DNA of 63,121 bases, counting the filler, from Asterionella formosa (Eukaryota), in the NCBI GenBank assembly GCA_002256025.1. It is 22 parts of 22 records of this genome, joined end to end, with 100 filler letters (N's around TTAATTAATTAA, not from the genome) between each part and the next. Parts side by side here need not be neighbours in the genome. Positions count along the whole stretch, not along the records: positions 61,955 to 63,121 come from NKIB01003939.1; 21 more parts are not named here. One strand, written 5' to 3'. The position numbers were made by a program, and so were the translations under genes. Below the pieces are notes generated by a model. That model searched no databases. It saw only the letters and a program-made list of their open reading frames with translations, and was not told where the DNA came from. Below, one piece after another: positions 61,965 to 63,121 of the stretch. How positions within the stretch are numbered: position 1 is the stretch's first letter; every line of letters begins with the position of its first letter.

Positions 61965-63117
61965 AGCACATGACAAGAAAGAAAAAGTTTACGCAATAAC
62001 GAAAAACATTGTGGCTTTGACACATTGCGCCTTCGAAGGATGGAGTATGTTTAATGTAAAGAAGCCATCAATGTGGTACTTGGATGACAATCGTTGGGAG
62101 GCAGGCAGCACAACAACAAATTGTAAACTAAATGCACATTTCCTTTTTTCTCAGTTGAATCAACAGCTCGTTTCGCTTGTTGGGGAGCACCAATGTAAAA
62201 CAAAACAAAATTGGTAAGTGCTCTTGTCATTGAACTTATTCACTTCTGATGGAACATAGCTAACTGACGGACACGCCACTTTACCTTCTCTCAAAGTTAA
62301 GCTAACAAAAATGAATCGGTAGGTTTTAGTCAGCAATATTGGAAACCTGAAACTTACTTATTCAAGAATTTACTGACAATTTACAATTACAGACTTATGC
62401 ATCACTTGCTTTGATTTGGCTGTGGTAAGTGAAGCAAGCAAGAGGATACGATGGAATGGCGTGATGTTGTGTCAGTGTAACATGTCTAGCTAACAAGGCA
62501 TTCCTTCTCATTGTTACTGTAACTGCATAGGACAATAAAACTGTTCAAACAACGGAAAAGTCGGCGAGTTCAGAATGACACTAACAGCAGGGAGAGAGAC
62601 GCAACATTAGTAAGGCATTTCTTGGCACAAGATTCAGAAAAGAGGAAGAAAAGGGCGAGACAGGAACAATATACATTGAGCCGAGTAGAGAGAGAAACGT
62701 TGGGTCGCTGGCATGTAGAATCATAGATAGCGTTGCTAAATTTGATATTTTAATTACGATCCATTTCAATCTATTTTGAACAATGCTTGTGATTAGAATT
62801 ATGATGATGTTTACAATAGATTTACGAAGAAACAATTTAAATGATAGCATATAGTTGAGCTGATTTTAGGATATGTTGTATGTTGTAGTAATAAATTACA
62901 TCGGGCAATCACGAGAATTGAAAATAATATGAGAAGGTTTATGATGTTGATAAGTAATGTTGTTGATCATTTGATATACATTGTGTGATGATAATGTTCT
63001 TATTATCATTATACTTCAAGGAGTAAAATATTAATAAATCATCATAGTTATAGGATACCTTGATCATAGTTTTAATCCAAAAATTAATCATATATACGAA
63101 AATCCTGTGCCACTTAG
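61965..63117 (+). repeat. Dispersed repeat R1 (longest copy)
   Basis: Colinear with 27045-28027 and with the same terminus CCTGTGCCACTTAG. Confidence 0.9.
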
Positions 63118-63121
63118 AGTA

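Overview
This window is not one locus. It is 22 pieces joined by artificial 100-bp spacers (44 N + TTAATTAATTAA + 44 N): twenty contigs of ~1167-1171 bp and two ~18.8-kb scaffolds (11437-30257 and 34165-52981). The DNA is AT-rich, repeat-rich and eukaryotic, most likely a diatom, judged from short GT-AG introns and diatom-type Copia, Gypsy, LINE, YR and LRR families. One ~65% GC alphaproteobacterial contig (pheS end/pheT start) is co-assembled. Host genes include TSR2, a Bin3/BCDIN3D-type RNA methyltransferase, a multi-TM protein with a degenerate NodB/CE4 domain, two single-pass membrane proteins, an SdrD-B/PT-rich surface protein fragment, a probable bZIP 3' exon and an LRR array. Most of the rest is transposon debris. 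Two observations stand out. (1) A full-length, TA-flanked DD39D mariner (35862-38463) has a dead transposase but carries an intact convergent cargo ORF with a Cys/His cluster and HIRAN-like motifs. (2) A pervasive TA-[CCGG/CCAG/CTGG/CCWGG/CAG]-TA micro-insertion signature is visible as copy-specific insertions in repeats. It matches the termini of TA-flanked TIR elements in the window, so it probably represents stacked transposon excision footprints. Family assignments come from motif recognition only; no database searches were run.
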